A DNA stretch of 63,861 nucleotides, filler included, from an uncultured Synergistales bacterium (GCA_937897575.1; 12 parts of 12 records of this genome joined end to end with filler, not necessarily neighbours in it); one strand, 5' to 3'. Positions 30,615 to 46,165 are shown, counted from the first letter of the whole stretch. Numbers and translations: made by a program. Notes: generated from the letters alone by a model not told the origin.

Positions 30615-31052
30615 ATGGCGAAAAGTGGACGAGTGTTCCTTCTCACAACAGGGTGTGTCCTTGCCGCGCTTCTGGTATTTTCTTTCTGGACGGTCCGTTC
30701 GAATAAAGCCGCCGGTTCCTTCGAAGTGCATAATGTCGTGCTGAGGGAGGAGGTGGAGGCGAACGGCAGCTTCCATGGCGGAAACAGCCGGTTTGTCTAT
30801 GGGATACGGCAGATATGTCTCCGGTTCGACTTCGCCCGGGCCACGGGCGGGGATTCGGTTCAGGTGCAGTGGTTTTTCAGGGGGCATCCCATCCATTCGG
30901 AGTCGATCCGCCTCCCGTCGGGAGACGGGTCAAAGACGCTGTGCCTCCTTCAGGAGGAGGGCTTCCCTCTGCCCAGCGGCCCCTACTCGGTTGGGATATC
31001 GGTCTACGACAAAGTGCTCTCCGACATGGCCTTCGAGATCGTCAGAGAGTGA
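30615..31052 (+). CDS. Membrane-anchored hypothetical protein (start may be GTG at 30633)
   Basis: N-terminal TM and beta-rich domain; a TTGCCA-N18-TATAAT promoter candidate overlaps the ATG. Confidence 0.65.
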   Translation: MAKSGRVFLLTTGCVLAALLVFSFWTVRSNKAAGSFEVHNVVLREEVEANGSFHGGNSRFVYGIRQICLRFDFARATGGDSVQVQWFFRGHPIHSESIRLPSGDGSKTLCLLQEEGFPLPSGPYSVGISVYDKVLSDMAFEIVRE

Positions 31053-31187
31053 CCTTTCCGGTGTTCAGCGTTCCACCCCGCAACGAGGAGGCGACGATAG
31101 CCTCCGTTTCCCCCTTTCCCCGTGCGACGGCACGGGGGGTATTTCGAAGCACGCCCGGGCGTTCGGCCCCGGGAGAGAGGATGTGTG

Positions 31188-32546
31188 ATGCCAGTGTCTG
31201 ACAACAGCCGGGAGAACGCGGTGGTGGAGCAGGACAGAGAGGAGCGCGACGAGCGGGTGGAGGTCCCCGAGGCTCAGCCGCGGGTCGCTCCCAAGCCGCG
31301 GCATACCTACGGCCAGCTGGCCGGGATCCTTGCGGCCGATCTGCGGAAGATAGCAAGGGACCTTGCCATACCGGGCGCGTCGTCCCTCCGGAAGGACGAC
31401 CTCATCATCGCCATCCTGAAGGCTCAGGCGGAGGCCCTGAACTACCGGTTCGGCGGCGGCACGCTGGAGGTCCTGCCCGAGGGGTACGGCTTCCTTCGCC
31501 CCAAGGGACTCCTTCCCAGCGACCACGATGTGTACGTCTCCGCCTCTCAGGTGCGGCGGTTCGGCCTTCGCAACGGCGACGTCATCTGGGGCCTGGTCCG
31601 GCCGCCCCGCGACTCGGAGCACTACGAGGCTCTGCTGCGCGTCGAGATGGTCAACTTCTCGGACCCCGAGGCGGCCCGGCGGCGGCCCCACTTCGGCGCT
31701 ATCACGCCCATCTTCCCCGACGAGATGCTCGTCCTCGAGACGGACCCCAAGGAGATCTCCACGCGCCTCGTGGACCTCTTCTCCCCCATAGGCAAGGGGC
31801 AGCGCGCCCTGCTCGTCTCTCCCCCCAAGGCCGGAAAGACGACCATGCTGAAGAAGATCGCCAACGCCGTGACGGTCAACTACCCCGACATCATCCTCAT
31901 GGTGCTCCTCATCGACGAACGGCCCGAAGAGGTGACGGACATGACCCGGTCCGTGGACGGCGAGATCATCGCCTCCACCTTCGACCGGCCGGCCGACGAG
32001 CACCTCCGCGTTGCGAACCTGGCCCTCGAGAAGGCGAAGCGCCTCGTTGAGGCGGGCAAGGACGTGGTGCTGCTCCTGGACTCCATCACCAGGCTGGCCC
32101 GGGCGTCGAACCTCGTGGTCCCGCCCTCGGGCCGAACGCTGTCCGGCGGCATGGACCCGTCGGCCCTCTACTTCCCGAAGCGCTTCTTCGGAGCGGCCCG
32201 GAACATCGAGGAGGGAGGCAGCCTCACGATCGTGGGCACGGCGCTGATCGACACGGGCAGCAGGATGGACGACGTCATCTACGAGGAGTTCAAGGGGACG
32301 GGCAACATGGAGCTCCATCTGTCGCGGAAGCTCTCGGAGCAGCGGATATTCCCCGCCATCGACATCACGAGGTCCGGGACGAGGCGCGAGGAGCTGCTCA
32401 TCGGCGAGGACGAGCTGAGCCGGATATGGCTCCTCCGCCGTCGCATCGTGAACGTGGACGAGGCGGGGGCGCTGAACCTGATCATCGACAAACTGCGCCA
32501 GACGCCGACGAACCGCGATTTCCTGTCGACGATCAAGAAATCATAG
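31188..32546 (+). CDS. rho: Transcription termination factor Rho
   Basis: [31 protein letters not shown] and [10 protein letters not shown]. Confidence 0.97.
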   Translation: MPVSDNSRENAVVEQDREERDERVEVPEAQPRVAPKPRHTYGQLAGILAADLRKIARDLAIPGASSLRKDDLIIAILKAQAEALNYRFGGGTLEVLPEGYGFLRPKGLLPSDHDVYVSASQVRRFGLRNGDVIWGLVRPPRDSEHYEALLRVEMVNFSDPEAARRRPHFGAITPIFPDEMLVLETDPKEISTRLVDLFSPIGKGQRALLVSPPKAGKTTMLKKIANAVTVNYPDIILMVLLIDERPEEVTDMTRSVDGEIIASTFDRPADEHLRVANLALEKAKRLVEAGKDVVLLLDSITRLARASNLVVPPSGRTLSGGMDPSALYFPKRFFGAARNIEEGGSLTIVGTALIDTGSRMDDVIYEEFKGTGNMELHLSRKLSEQRIFPAIDITRSGTRREELLIGEDELSRIWLLRRRIVNVDEAGALNLIIDKLRQTPTNRDFLSTIKKS

Positions 32547-32604
32547 GGTACAATAGCAGGATAGGTTGAAAAGAACGGGGTACGCGTACAAGGAGGACGA
32601 GGAG

Positions 32605-36147
<3,543 letters not shown>

Positions 36148-36148
<1 letters not shown>

Positions 36149-37188
36149 TGAAAAAGAGCGTTCTCGGGCTTGCGCTGGCAGCCCTGATCATTCTGGGCGC
36201 AGGAGCGGCCCTTGCGGCGGACGACCCGAACTTCACCATAGGCGAGGTGGAAAACCTCCTCTACGGGGAGCTTCGGACGGGCAGCCTGGTGGAGCGGATC
36301 AACGCCGTGGAGCGGGAGCTCTTCGGACGGGAGTTGCCGGGCAGCGTGGCGGATCGCCAGGTGGCCCTGCTGAACTTCATAACGAAGGGGGCCGTCCAGC
36401 AGCCCTCCATGTTCTTCAAGCTGGGCGTCGCCGAGTGGGTCCTGAGCCAGAAGATCGATCCCTTCATGCCCGTGGTGCGGAGGGTGGAACGCCTCGAGAT
36501 CCAGCTTGACGGAACACCTCAGGTGGATCGGCCCGTGGCCATGCGCCTGGAGCGGGTGCTCGGGCTTCTGGTGGGCGACGGCGTGCCCATGGAGGAGCAG
36601 GACCTCGCGGCCGGGACGGTGTTGAGGGCCTCCACCTACGAGGCCATATCGCCCACGAACGTCAAGGAGGGCGACGTGATCCGGATGAACCTCGAGTCCA
36701 CCGTCAAGGTCGGGACGAGCCTCGTGGCCCCCAGGGGCAGCATCGTGGAGGCCGTGGTGACGAAGGTCACCAAGCCCAGGAGCTTCGGACGTCCGGGCGA
36801 GGTGCAGTTCGCGGTGAACAAGCTCATCCCCCTCGGTCCCGAGGAGATCGCCCTGACCGTGGGGCAGAGGGCAGAGGCCGCCATGAAGGCGGAGTCCGCC
36901 CAGCTTGCGGCGGCTGGAACGAGCCTTGTGGGGCTGGTCCTCCTCGGCCCCGTGGGCCTTGTGGGCGGCTTCCTGGTCCGCGGGGACGTGAAGGAGATCC
37001 CCGCCGGAGCGGTGACCTTCGCCGAGACGGCATCGGCCATGAGGGTGTCGGCCTACCCGGTGCCCGAGTCGCTGCAGAGCCTTCTCGCCCAGGAGGACCC
37101 GGTCATCGTGCCCGAACCGGGGGCAGATCAGGGCGAGCAGAAGAAAGATACACCGTCCGAGCCGGTGCATCGGGGCGAGGGGTATTGA
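36148..37188 (+). CDS. Exported hypothetical protein
   Basis: Signal peptide, helical repeats and glycine-rich LLGPVGLVGG segment; coupled to the pyrG stop. Confidence 0.8.
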
Positions 37189-37230
37189 TTTTTCGCCCCA
37201 TCGGCAGGGCTTAGAGGAGCGGTTTCAGGC

Positions 37231-37815
37231 GTGGCCAAGAGGCGAGCGGCCCTTCGTTCCGGTACCCTGAGGCGGATTCTGGTGGTGGCGGTCGTCCTCC
37301 TCTCTCTGGCCTATTTCACGCGGGAGGCCCTGCGGGATCTGGCGTTGGAGTTCACCGCCGGACGGATTCCCAAGGGCATTCCCGACTCCATCCTGGAGAA
37401 TATCTCCGTGGAGCGGACCCTCGACGCGGGGGTGGCGTCCGCCCGCATCGGGAAGATCGAGCGGGGCGCCGATTGGGCCACGCTCTACGACATCGACGGC
37501 ACCATGGACATGACCAACGGCCAGCGGTGGACGCTCAAGGCCCCTACCGGCCGGTTCTTCGACGAGAAGAGGGAGGCGGACCTCACGACGCCCACGGGCA
37601 CCATGACGGGCGACGGTCTGTTCTTCAACTACGCCGCTCCCGTCGCGTCGTGGAGTCAGGCCTCGGGACGGATCGTCTTCGCTCGGGGCTTTCGCGCCTG
37701 GGGACCCAGCGGATCCCTGGAGGGACAACACATGGAGCTGCTGCCCGAGGGGATCGTCGAGGTCTCCCAGGGAGCGGTCCTGATCTGGACGGAGAGCGAA
37801 GGAGAGCGCAAGTGA
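37231..37815 (+). CDS. LptC-like LPS export protein
   Basis: N-terminal TM plus beta-jellyroll-like region, directly upstream of the LptD-like gene. Confidence 0.5.
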   Translation: MAKRRAALRSGTLRRILVVAVVLLSLAYFTREALRDLALEFTAGRIPKGIPDSILENISVERTLDAGVASARIGKIERGADWATLYDIDGTMDMTNGQRWTLKAPTGRFFDEKREADLTTPTGTMTGDGLFFNYAAPVASWSQASGRIVFARGFRAWGPSGSLEGQHMELLPEGIVEVSQGAVLIWTESEGERK

Positions 37816-39423
37816 GACGGACAGCCTGTTGCAGCCTGATGATCGCAGCACTGTTTCTGATGCAGGTTCTCTCCTCTCCGGCCGCCGGCGCGGCGGAGGA
37901 GAGCAAGGTCATTCTGGACGCGGACAGGGTCCTCTACCACCAGGAGACGGGCGTGGCCGAGGCCGAAGGGAGCGTCCACCTCCGGAACGAGGAGATCCAG
38001 GTCTACGCCCCCCGCATGGAGTACCAGACGGAAGAGCAGATGGCCTTTGCCTCGGCGAAAGAGGGGGGCACGGTGACCATCTTCTACGGCCCGAACAAGT
38101 TCACGGGCGATACGCTCCAGTACGACCTGGCCTCCCGGGAGGGGGTCCTCACGAACGCCACGGGGGACATCCCGGCGGGCATGAGGGGCGGAGTCGTCTT
38201 TCTCCGGGGCAAGGACCTGAGCGTGGCTCCTTTCGACACGGCCCTGGAGAAGAAGTGGATGGCCCGGAAGTACGCCCGGAAGGTGACGGACACCGAGGGG
38301 CTGGTGGCCCGCTGGGACGACGTGGCCCTGACGACCTGCACCGATGAGACGCCGCACTACCATCTCACCACGAAGCGCCTCGTGGTCATCCCGGGCGTCC
38401 GGGTCATAGCGAGGAACCCCCGGGTGTACCTGGGCGGCAACTTTATCTTCTCCTACCCCTTCGACTACGTGGTCTCCCTCCGGGAGAGGGAGCGCCTCTT
38501 CGGCATCTTCCTCCCGAGCGTGGTCTACGACACGCACAAGGGGATCGGGTACTCCCTCGCCGGGCCCTACGCCTGGGACAGGGGGCAGCTGAACATGGCT
38601 TTCCGCTACTGGTCCAAGGTGGACTTCGAGGCCAGGGTGGGAGTCTCGCAGCGTCTGGGGTCCAACATGAGCGCCTTTGCCTGGTGGGACTACTCCTACG
38701 ACAAGGACCTGAAGGAGAAGGAGAGCCGCGCCTCCTGGGGCGTCAACGCCTGGATGAACCGGTGGACGGCCTCCCTCGTCTGGTCCTGGAGGGAGAAGCT
38801 GGAGATCGCGAAGGACTTCGGCAACACCTACCGGAACGTCCTGAACCGGATGCCCGAGTTCACGGTGTCGAGCCCCTGGTTCACCTATGAGAGCGTGCCG
38901 GAGTTCTCCTGGCGGGTGCGGGCCTACTGGGGCGACTACGAGACGAAACGGCCCCTCGGAGGCTTCGTCAACTCGTCCCAGCGCCTCGTGGGCGACGTCC
39001 AGGCCCAGTACATCGTCCGGAAGGGCGACATCCGCCCCTTCTGGAGGGGGCAGTACCGCTACTTCACCTACTCGGAGTCCAACGCCCGGGGCGATGACCA
39101 GCAGGAGATCTTCAGCTCCTGGCTCGGCCTCAGGACCCATATCGGCGACATAGACCTCGCGGTGGCCTGGTTTGTCGAGGATGTGACGGGCCGCTCCCCC
39201 ATGAGCTGGGACTACGCCGCCGACCGGGAGATTTTCTACGGCGAGCTGGGCTTCCCGCTGGGGAGGAACTTCTACGTGTCGGCGCTGGCGGCCTACGACC
39301 TGAAGCGATCCCGGATGGGCGAGATCGGCTACAAGGTCGCCCTGGACTACGACTGCACGCGGTGGGAGCTCATCTACAGGGACGATATGGTGGGCGATGA
39401 CGATTGGGTGAGCCTGCGGTTCG
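37812..39423 (+). CDS. lptD: LptD/OstA-like LPS assembly protein (3' truncated)
   Basis: LDADRVLY..AEGSVHL OstA domain, TTC..PHYHL motif and aromatic beta-barrel region. Confidence 0.75.
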
Positions 39424-39523
39424 NNNNNNNNNNNNNNNNNNNNNNNNNNNNNNNNNNNNNNNNNNNNTTAATTAATTAANNNNNNNNNNNNNNNNNNNNN
39501 NNNNNNNNNNNNNNNNNNNNNNN

Positions 39524-40426
39524 CGGGTTCCCTTTGTCCGCATGGAGGCGGGGACCAATCTGATCGGCGGGCAGCCCTGGTCGCTGGCCAACTTCGAGGA
39601 GGTCGCCGACATATGCAAAGCCCATGGCACCCCCCTCGTCCTGGACGCCTCCCTTCTGGCGGACAACCTGTACTTCATCAAAGTGCGCGAGACGGCGCAG
39701 AGAGGCTCCTCCATCCGGGCGATCACTCGCCGCATCGCCGAGCTCTCGGATATCATCTACTTCTCGGGGCGAAAGCTGGGCTGCGCACGCGGAGGGATGA
39801 TCATCACCAACGACAGGAGGGCCTACAACGGCATGCGCCCGCTCATCACCCTTTTCGAGGGGTTTCTGACCTACGGCGGCATGTCCGTCCGGGAGATCGA
39901 GGCCATGGCCGTCGGCCTGGAGGAGACGATGGACTTCGACATGGTACGCCAGGGGCCCGAGTTCATCCAGTTCATGGCGGACGAACTCATACGGCACGGG
40001 ATCCCCGTCGTGACGCCGGCGGGCGGCCTGGGTTGCCATCTGAACGCCCGGGAGTTCCTGCCTCACCTGTCGCCCTTCGACTACCCGTCGGGAGCTCTGG
40101 CCGCCGCCCTGTACATCGCCGGAGGGATCCGGGGAATGGAGCGGGGGACGCTCTCCGAGGAGCGAAACCCCGACGGGAGCGAGCACCCGGCCGACGCCGA
40201 ACTCCTGCGTCTGGCGATGCCCCGGCGGGTCTTCACCGCCTCCCAGATCAAGTACGCCGTCGACCGGATCGCGTGGTTGTTCGAGAACCGGGACCTCGTC
40301 GGCGGTTTGGAGTGGGTGGAGGAACCGAAAAACCTGCGGTTCTTCACCGGTCGTCTTCGAGCAAAGGGAGGCTGGCAGCAGGAGCTCTGCGCCGCCTTCC
40401 GGCGTGACTTCGGCGACAGTCTCTGA
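39524..40426 (+). CDS. Tryptophanase / tyrosine phenol-lyase family, C-terminal part
   Basis: SGRK PLP lysine, FEGFLTYGGM, IRGMERG, LLRLAMPRR and LRFF. Confidence 0.9.
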   Translation, partial: RVPFVRMEAGTNLIGGQPWSLANFEEVADICKAHGTPLVLDASLLADNLYFIKVRETAQRGSSIRAITRRIAELSDIIYFSGRKLGCARGGMIITNDRRAYNGMRPLITLFEGFLTYGGMSVREIEAMAVGLEETMDFDMVRQGPEFIQFMADELIRHGIPVVTPAGGLGCHLNAREFLPHLSPFDYPSGALAAALYIAGGIRGMERGTLSEERNPDGSEHPADAELLRLAMPRRVFTASQIKYAVDRIAWLFENRDLVGGLEWVEEPKNLRFFTGRLRAKGGWQQELCAAFRRDFGDSL

Positions 40427-40442
40427 GCGGCCTCGACAAGGT

Positions 40443-40476
40443 GAGGAGGACGGGCTCGGGGAGAACCGTCCTCCTC
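40443..40476. terminator. Hairpin between convergent genes
   Basis: GAGGAGGACGG...CCGTCCTCCTC inverted repeat. Confidence 0.6.
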
Positions 40477-40531
40477 TTCGGTTCATCATAAGGCAGTATG
40501 CGGCTCCCGTCCGCGCCCGGTACGGCGTGCC

Positions 40532-42007
40532 CTACTCCACCCAGTAGTTGGGGGCCTCCTTGGTGACCACCACGTCGTGGGGGTGATTTTCGCGCACCGA
40601 GGCCGCCGTGACGCGGATGAACCTGGCTTTTTGCTGAAGGGCGGGGATGTCCTCGGCCCCCACATAGCCCATGCCCGAGCGCAGGCCGCCGGCAAGCTGA
40701 AAGACCACGGCCGAGAGGGACCCTTTGTGCGGAGCGAGACCTTCGATCCCCTCGGGGACGAGCTTGTCGCCCGTCGACCCCTCCTGAAAGTACCGGTCCT
40801 TGCTGCAGCCGTCCTTCATGGCGCCGAGGGACCCCATGCCCCGATAGCTCTTGTAGGACCGTCCGCGGTAGATGATGGGTTCGCCCGGGCTCTCCTCCGT
40901 CCCGGCGAACAGGGAGCCGATCATGACCGTATCCGCCCCTGCGGCAAAGGCTTTGACGATATCCCCCGAGTAGCGGATGCCTCCGTCGGCGATCACCTTC
41001 TTGCCCATGGCGTGCGCCTTCTGGGCCACGTTGAGGACGGCGGAGAGCTGGGGAACACCTATTCCGGCGATGATGCGCGTCGTGCAGATGCTGCCCGGCC
41101 CCACGCCCACCTTGACGGCGTCGACGCCGGCTTCGATGAGCGCCTCCGCCGCCTCGGCGGTGGCGACGTTGCCGCCGATGAGCGGGACGTCCGCATACGT
41201 CGCCCTCAGCTGCCGGATCGCCTCGACGACCTTGGATGAATGGCCGTGGGCCGTGTCCACCACGAGGACGTCCACCCGGTTCTTCACGAGCGCCTCGGCC
41301 CTCTCCATGAAGCCCGAGCCGACGCCGATGGCGGCGCCTACCCTCAGGCGGCCGCCATCGTCCTTGGCCGCCTGGGGAAAGTCCTTCGCCTTCTGGATGT
41401 CCTTGATGGTGATGAGCCCTTTCAGGATGCCCTCGGAGTCCACGATGGGCAGTTTCTCGATCTTGTACTTCATGAGGATCGTCTGGGCGTCGTCGAGGGT
41501 CGTGCCCTCGGCCGCCGTGACGAGCCCTTCGCTGGTCATGATGTTCCGTATGGGCTGTATCACGTTCGTGACGAAACGGAGGTCCCTGTTCGTGATGATG
41601 CCCACCAGCTTCATCCGCTGGTCCACGATGGGGACCCCCGAGATGTGGTAGTGCTCCATGAGGTTGATGGCCTCCTCCACCCTGTCGTCGGGGTGGAGGA
41701 AGAAGGGATCCACGATGACCCCCGACTCGGAGCGCTTGACCACGTCCACCTCGCGGGCCTGTTTTTCGATGGTCATGTTCCTGTGCACGATCCCGATGCC
41801 GCCCTCGCGGGCCATGGCGATGGCGAGGCGGGACTCGGTCACCGTGTCCATGGCGGCGCTGCAAAGAGGCAGGTTGAGCACTATGGACTCCGTCAGGTTG
41901 CTTCGGACGGAGACCTCCGCCGGGACAACCTGGCTGGTCCTCGGTTCGAGCAGGACGTCGTCGAACGTAAATCCTTCATAGGGTGCGAATCGTGACTCTG
42001 GGTTCAT
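40532..42007 (-). CDS. guaB: IMP dehydrogenase
   Basis: [18 protein letters not shown] domains and [11 protein letters not shown]. Confidence 0.98.
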   Translation of the reverse strand: MNPESRFAPYEGFTFDDVLLEPRTSQVVPAEVSVRSNLTESIVLNLPLCSAAMDTVTESRLAIAMAREGGIGIVHRNMTIEKQAREVDVVKRSESGVIVDPFFLHPDDRVEEAINLMEHYHISGVPIVDQRMKLVGIITNRDLRFVTNVIQPIRNIMTSEGLVTAAEGTTLDDAQTILMKYKIEKLPIVDSEGILKGLITIKDIQKAKDFPQAAKDDGGRLRVGAAIGVGSGFMERAEALVKNRVDVLVVDTAHGHSSKVVEAIRQLRATYADVPLIGGNVATAEAAEALIEAGVDAVKVGVGPGSICTTRIIAGIGVPQLSAVLNVAQKAHAMGKKVIADGGIRYSGDIVKAFAAGADTVMIGSLFAGTEESPGEPIIYRGRSYKSYRGMGSLGAMKDGCSKDRYFQEGSTGDKLVPEGIEGLAPHKGSLSAVVFQLAGGLRSGMGYVGAEDIPALQQKARFIRVTAASVRENHPHDVVVTKEAPNYWVE

Positions 42008-42100
42008 AGCGAAGGCCTCCATTTTTCTGCGTGTTTGCGAAATTGTACGTCTTCATCGGGGACATGGCAACCGCCCCGTCGCCTTTTTCATTCCGAAGGG

Positions 42101-43276
42101 TCAGAAGTCCTCCCCGGACAGCCAGGCGGGCGCCGACAGCGTCACGACCATGTGACTGACCACCGAACAGCACTGCCCAACGTTCCCCTCGCCCTCCCCC
42201 GACTTGACCTTGAGGTTCATCTTCCCCCGCCACGAAGGCGGGAGCGCCCCGTCCATGGCCGACAGCATGACCGACACGTAGGGCGCGAGGCGGGGTTCCT
42301 GGGCGATGAGCACCCCGTCGGCCCACTCCATGGTCCACCCCAGGGCCTGAACGCTCCGTGCCGTATCCTCGAGAAAGAACAGGCTGTCCCGGTCCTTGTG
42401 CCCGGGGCAACTGGCGGGGTACAGCGTCCCGATGTCCCCGAGCCCCGAGGCTCCGAGAAGGGCATCGCACAGTGCGTGAACCATCGCGTCCCCGTCGGAG
42501 TGCCCGAGAACGCCGAGGGGAAAGCCGGGGATGAGGACGCCCCCGAGGAGAAGCTTCCGTCCTGGGACCAGGGGGTGAACGTCGTATCCCATGCCCGTCC
42601 TGAAACTTTTCTGCGCAAGGGACCGGGCAAAGGTGAGGTCCTCGGGCCACGTGATCTTCATGTTGCAACGATCGCCCTCCACCGCCGTCAGCTTCCCGCC
42701 GGCGGCGTGCCATGCCTCCGCCTCGTCCTTGACCCCCGCGCCGAAGGTACTGAGTGCCTTCTCCAGCTCCAGCCTGTGAAAACACTGGGGCGTCTGCGTC
42801 AACCCCACTCCCTCCCTCGGGCAGGGGGTGGGCTCGCCCGCCTCATCGATCCGCTTCAGCGCGTCGGACAGAGGGAGGAGGGGGACGACCCCGCGCTCCT
42901 CCGAGGCCGCCGCCACGACCCGTCTGCAGAGCGCCTCCGTCAGGAAGGGGCGCGCTCCGTCATGAACGAGGACGAAGTCCCCTGTGGCCGCCCGAAGACC
43001 CTGGAGGACGGACCGGGAACGTTCCGCTCCGCCCGCGGTGACCGTCCATGGGAACGAAAAGGGGCGAAGGGCCGCCTCCGCCTCCGCCTCACAGCCTGCG
43101 GGGACCACGAAGACCCCTTCGTGAATCGCCCCGGCCGCGAAGAGCCGCTGCGCAATCACGGCGGACCACAGCCAGAGGGGCCGTCCGCCAAGGAGCAGGA
43201 ACTGTTTTGCCGTCGCCTCTCCCATTCTGCTGCCCTGCCCCGCGGCAACGACAACGAGAGAGAAGGTTGTCGTCAC
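42101..43276 (-). CDS. ispDF: Bifunctional IspD/IspF
   Basis: AAGQGSRMG..KQF, HDGARP, KIT..DL, then GMGYDVH, GHSDGD and DALLGA. Confidence 0.93.
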   Translation of the reverse strand: MTTTFSLVVVAAGQGSRMGEATAKQFLLLGGRPLWLWSAVIAQRLFAAGAIHEGVFVVPAGCEAEAEAALRPFSFPWTVTAGGAERSRSVLQGLRAATGDFVLVHDGARPFLTEALCRRVVAAASEERGVVPLLPLSDALKRIDEAGEPTPCPREGVGLTQTPQCFHRLELEKALSTFGAGVKDEAEAWHAAGGKLTAVEGDRCNMKITWPEDLTFARSLAQKSFRTGMGYDVHPLVPGRKLLLGGVLIPGFPLGVLGHSDGDAMVHALCDALLGASGLGDIGTLYPASCPGHKDRDSLFFLEDTARSVQALGWTMEWADGVLIAQEPRLAPYVSVMLSAMDGALPPSWRGKMNLKVKSGEGEGNVGQCCSVVSHMVVTLSAPAWLSGEDF

Positions 43277-44457
43277 GACCGGACTTCCCTCTTGATCCGA
43301 CCGAAGACCATACGCCCCGCGGAGGTCTGGAGCATGGAGGTGACCACCACTTCGACCCGCTTCCCGACGGCCCATTCGCCGTCCTCCACCACGAACATCG
43401 TCCCGTCATCGAGATACCCCACGCCCTGGTTCGCCTCCTTCCCTTCGCGGATGATGTCGATCACGATGGTCTCGCCGGGCAGAAGCACGGGCTTCAGCGC
43501 ATTGGCGAGGTCGTTGACGTTCAGGACCTGGATGCTCTGGATCTGGGCCATCTTGTTCAGGTTGTAGTCCGTCGTGAGAATCTGCGCATCGATCTTCTCC
43601 GCCAGAGCGAGGAGCCCGCTGTCCACGGAGTCGACCTTGAGGTCTTTCAGCTGGACATCCCCTATCTCGATGTCGAGCGACGGGACACGCTGCAGTTGGC
43701 TGGCCACGTCGAGCCCCCGCCGCCCCCTCGTCCTCCTCGCCGGATCCGTCGAGTCGGCGACGGCCTGCAGTTCGAGGAGCACGAATCTGGGGATAATGAT
43801 AAGCCCCTCGAGAAAGCCCGTCTTCGCTATGTCCAGGACACGGCCGTCGATGATCACGCTCGTGTCGAGGACCTTCTTCTTGGCGCACCAGGCCCCCTCC
43901 TCGGGATAGGGAGCCTCGGCACTCCGCCCCTTGACGGACTGGCCTCTGGCACCGGCCAGCCGTTCACGAAGCCCGTGGATGGGTGCGAGCACATGCTTCA
44001 GATCGTTCTGGCGCCGCATCATCGTTCGAGCCCCCAGATAGCCGCAGACGAGGTTCAACACCACCGCGAGATAGCTGCTGAAGGGCAGCCCCGCAAGGGG
44101 CATGGCGATGAGATTCGCCACGAGGAGGCCGACCACCATCCCGACGGTTGCCGACGCGATCTCCCCCCAGCTCGTGTTCGTGAGGTGCCGCTCCAGCAGG
44201 GAGCCGAGGAAGCCGAGAAGTCGAAGAAAGAGCGGAGTGAGGAGGAGCCCGATCAATGAGAATAAAGACACGGAGAGTATGGTGATGAGGATTTTTCCCG
44301 GGAGCCACATGGGAAGCCACAGAGTTCCGGCGCTGAACCATCGTTCCGGTATGAGGGGATAGAGCATCTGGGCGACCTGTGCCCCGATCGTCCCTCCGAC
44401 GAGGAGCAGCAGGCCGGAAAAAATAATTTTGACCGCCTTTCCAAAGCCTTCCGTCAT
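43273..44457 (-). CDS. PIN/TRAM domain membrane protein (YacL-like)
   Basis: LDTSVIIDGR, RGRRGLD, TTDYNLNK and QTSAGRMVF. Confidence 0.93.
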   Translation of the reverse strand: MTEGFGKAVKIIFSGLLLLVGGTIGAQVAQMLYPLIPERWFSAGTLWLPMWLPGKILITILSVSLFSLIGLLLTPLFLRLLGFLGSLLERHLTNTSWGEIASATVGMVVGLLVANLIAMPLAGLPFSSYLAVVLNLVCGYLGARTMMRRQNDLKHVLAPIHGLRERLAGARGQSVKGRSAEAPYPEEGAWCAKKKVLDTSVIIDGRVLDIAKTGFLEGLIIIPRFVLLELQAVADSTDPARRTRGRRGLDVASQLQRVPSLDIEIGDVQLKDLKVDSVDSGLLALAEKIDAQILTTDYNLNKMAQIQSIQVLNVNDLANALKPVLLPGETIVIDIIREGKEANQGVGYLDDGTMFVVEDGEWAVGKRVEVVVTSMLQTSAGRMVFGRIKREVRS

Positions 44458-44541
44458 AGTATCACCTCTCTTTGTTGTTCTGTGGTTCTGTGCCGCGCAA
44501 AACGAACTGCCATTCCTCTCTCTCCAGCACCGTGGCCCCGA

Positions 44542-45159
44542 TCAGTCCCGCCCTCTCGCCCGGACGCGCGCCTCAAGGGCCGCCAGCAGGGTCGTCCTGT
44601 CGGCGAATTCGATGCTCCCGCCCACGGGCAGGCCGTAGGCGATCCGGGATATCGTCACATCGCAGCTCTCCAGGTGCTGCACGACCGTATGGTACGTGAG
44701 ATCGCCCTCGATCTTCGGGTTCGTCGCGACGATCACCTCCTCCGTCCCCTCCTCTTCGATGCGCCGCGCCAACTTCGCGAGCGTCTCGTCGTCCAGGTCC
44801 TCCCCTTCAAGGGGCGAGATTCGCCCTCCGAGCACGTGATACACCCCGGAGAAGACCTCCGCCTGCTCGATGCTGATAAGGTCCTCCACCGTCTCCACGA
44901 CACAGAGCGTCCTGCGGTCGCGCAGCACGTCGGAACAGATGGCGCACGGGTCCGAGTCGGTGATGTTCCCGCAGCGGGAGCAGGTGCGGATGCGCTCCTT
45001 GAGGACGGCCAGGTTCTCCGACAGCTCTTGGGCAAAGGACGGCGGCTGTTGCAGAATGAAGAAGGCCATCCGCCGGGCTGTCTTCGCTCCGACGCCCGGG
45101 AGCTTGCGGAACAGGGCCGTTATTTTCTCGAAGGGATCGGGGAAGGCCACGCCCGTCAC
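44542..45159 (-). CDS. recR: Recombination mediator RecR
   Basis: LPGVGAKTARR, Cys4 zinc finger and Toprim domain. Confidence 0.96.
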   Translation of the reverse strand: MTGVAFPDPFEKITALFRKLPGVGAKTARRMAFFILQQPPSFAQELSENLAVLKERIRTCSRCGNITDSDPCAICSDVLRDRRTLCVVETVEDLISIEQAEVFSGVYHVLGGRISPLEGEDLDDETLAKLARRIEEEGTEEVIVATNPKIEGDLTYHTVVQHLESCDVTISRIAYGLPVGGSIEFADRTTLLAALEARVRARGRD

Positions 45160-45162
45160 TCC

Positions 45163-45498
45163 CTAGAACAGGCCCATGGAGCCAAGCCCGCCGGTGATGC
45201 GCCCCATCTTTTCCTCGGCCAGCTGCTTGCTCCGGCGAAGAGCGTCGTTGACGGCCGCCAGGATGAGGTCCTCGAGCATCTCCACGTCCGCCTCCTCGAA
45301 GATCTGCGGGTCGACGCGCACGGCGACCACATCGCCCTGGCCGGTAGCCGTCACGGTGACCATGCCGCCGCCCGCGCTCCCGTCCACCCGATCGTTGCCC
45401 AGCTCCTCCTGAACCTTCGCCATATCCGCCTGCATCTTCTGAGCCTGTTTCATGATCTTGTTCATGTTCCCCATGCCGCCCATGGCCAAATCAACCAC
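45163..45498 (-). CDS. ybaB: YbaB/EbfC nucleoid-associated protein
   Basis: MKQAQKMQ, GSAGGGMVTV and LEDLILAAVNDA. Confidence 0.95.
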   Translation of the reverse strand: MVDLAMGGMGNMNKIMKQAQKMQADMAKVQEELGNDRVDGSAGGGMVTVTATGQGDVVAVRVDPQIFEEADVEMLEDLILAAVNDALRRSKQLAEEKMGRITGGLGSMGLF

Positions 45499-45513
45499 GC
45501 TCCTTCTCGTACA

Positions 45514-45975
45514 TCAGTGATGGTACTCTATGCCCCGGATCAGCGTACACGCCCGATAGATCTGCTCGAGCAGGACCACAAGGCACAACTCATGGGGCAA
45601 CGTCATACATGAGAGGGAGAGCAAGGCATCCCCCCTCTGCCGAACGCTGCCATCCAACCCGAAGCCACCCCCCACGACGAGGACGACTCGGCCCTCCGCC
45701 CCGGAAAGGCGTCCGGAAAACCACTGCGCGAAGGACGGGCTGTCGTACTGCGATCCGCGCTCGTCCAGGACGATCGCGTAGTCCCGCTCTCGGATCCTCT
45801 TCAGGATATCCTGCCCCTCCCGCTCCACCCTGCGTGCGGGGGAGGGGTCCTTCCCCTCCGGGACCCACTGGAGCTCCGCGGGAAAAAAGGGCTGTATCCA
45901 TCGAAGATAGCCCTCCGCCAGGGATGCGCAGTGCGTATTCCTCGGCCTTCCGACACTAAGGATACTGATTTTCAT
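45514..45975 (-). CDS. rlmH: 23S rRNA pseudouridine-1915 N3-methyltransferase
   Basis: LDERG, SLSCMTLPH, LLEQIYRA and C-terminal YHH. Confidence 0.93.
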   Translation of the reverse strand: MKISILSVGRPRNTHCASLAEGYLRWIQPFFPAELQWVPEGKDPSPARRVEREGQDILKRIRERDYAIVLDERGSQYDSPSFAQWFSGRLSGAEGRVVLVVGGGFGLDGSVRQRGDALLSLSCMTLPHELCLVVLLEQIYRACTLIRGIEYHH

Positions 45976-46165
45976 GGGACCTGTCCAGCGTGAACTCCCT
46001 GTTCGAAGAGGCGGTTTTGCGCTTTCTCTGCCCTACCCGCTTCGCCACGAATTTTTCCTGCCGCTCCCGCTCCGACAGGATCTCCTCGATCCGCTTCGCC
46101 TCCTCCACGAGGGAGGGGAGCACCACGTGTTTCAGGGTATTGATCTTCAGATTCGTCCTGGACAG
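45956..46165 (-). CDS. atpD: V/A-type ATP synthase subunit D, C-terminal part
   Basis: RTNLKINTLKHVVLPSL..RIEEILSERERQEKF resembles the NtpD C-terminus. Confidence 0.7.
   Translation of the reverse strand: MSRTNLKINTLKHVVLPSLVEEAKRIEEILSERERQEKFVAKRVGQRKRKTASSNREFTLDRSHENQYP

Noticed and set aside
43273..44457. PIN domain as a toxin-antitoxin toxin
   Set aside because: Standard membrane PIN/TRAM (YacL) gene in its usual position before ispD
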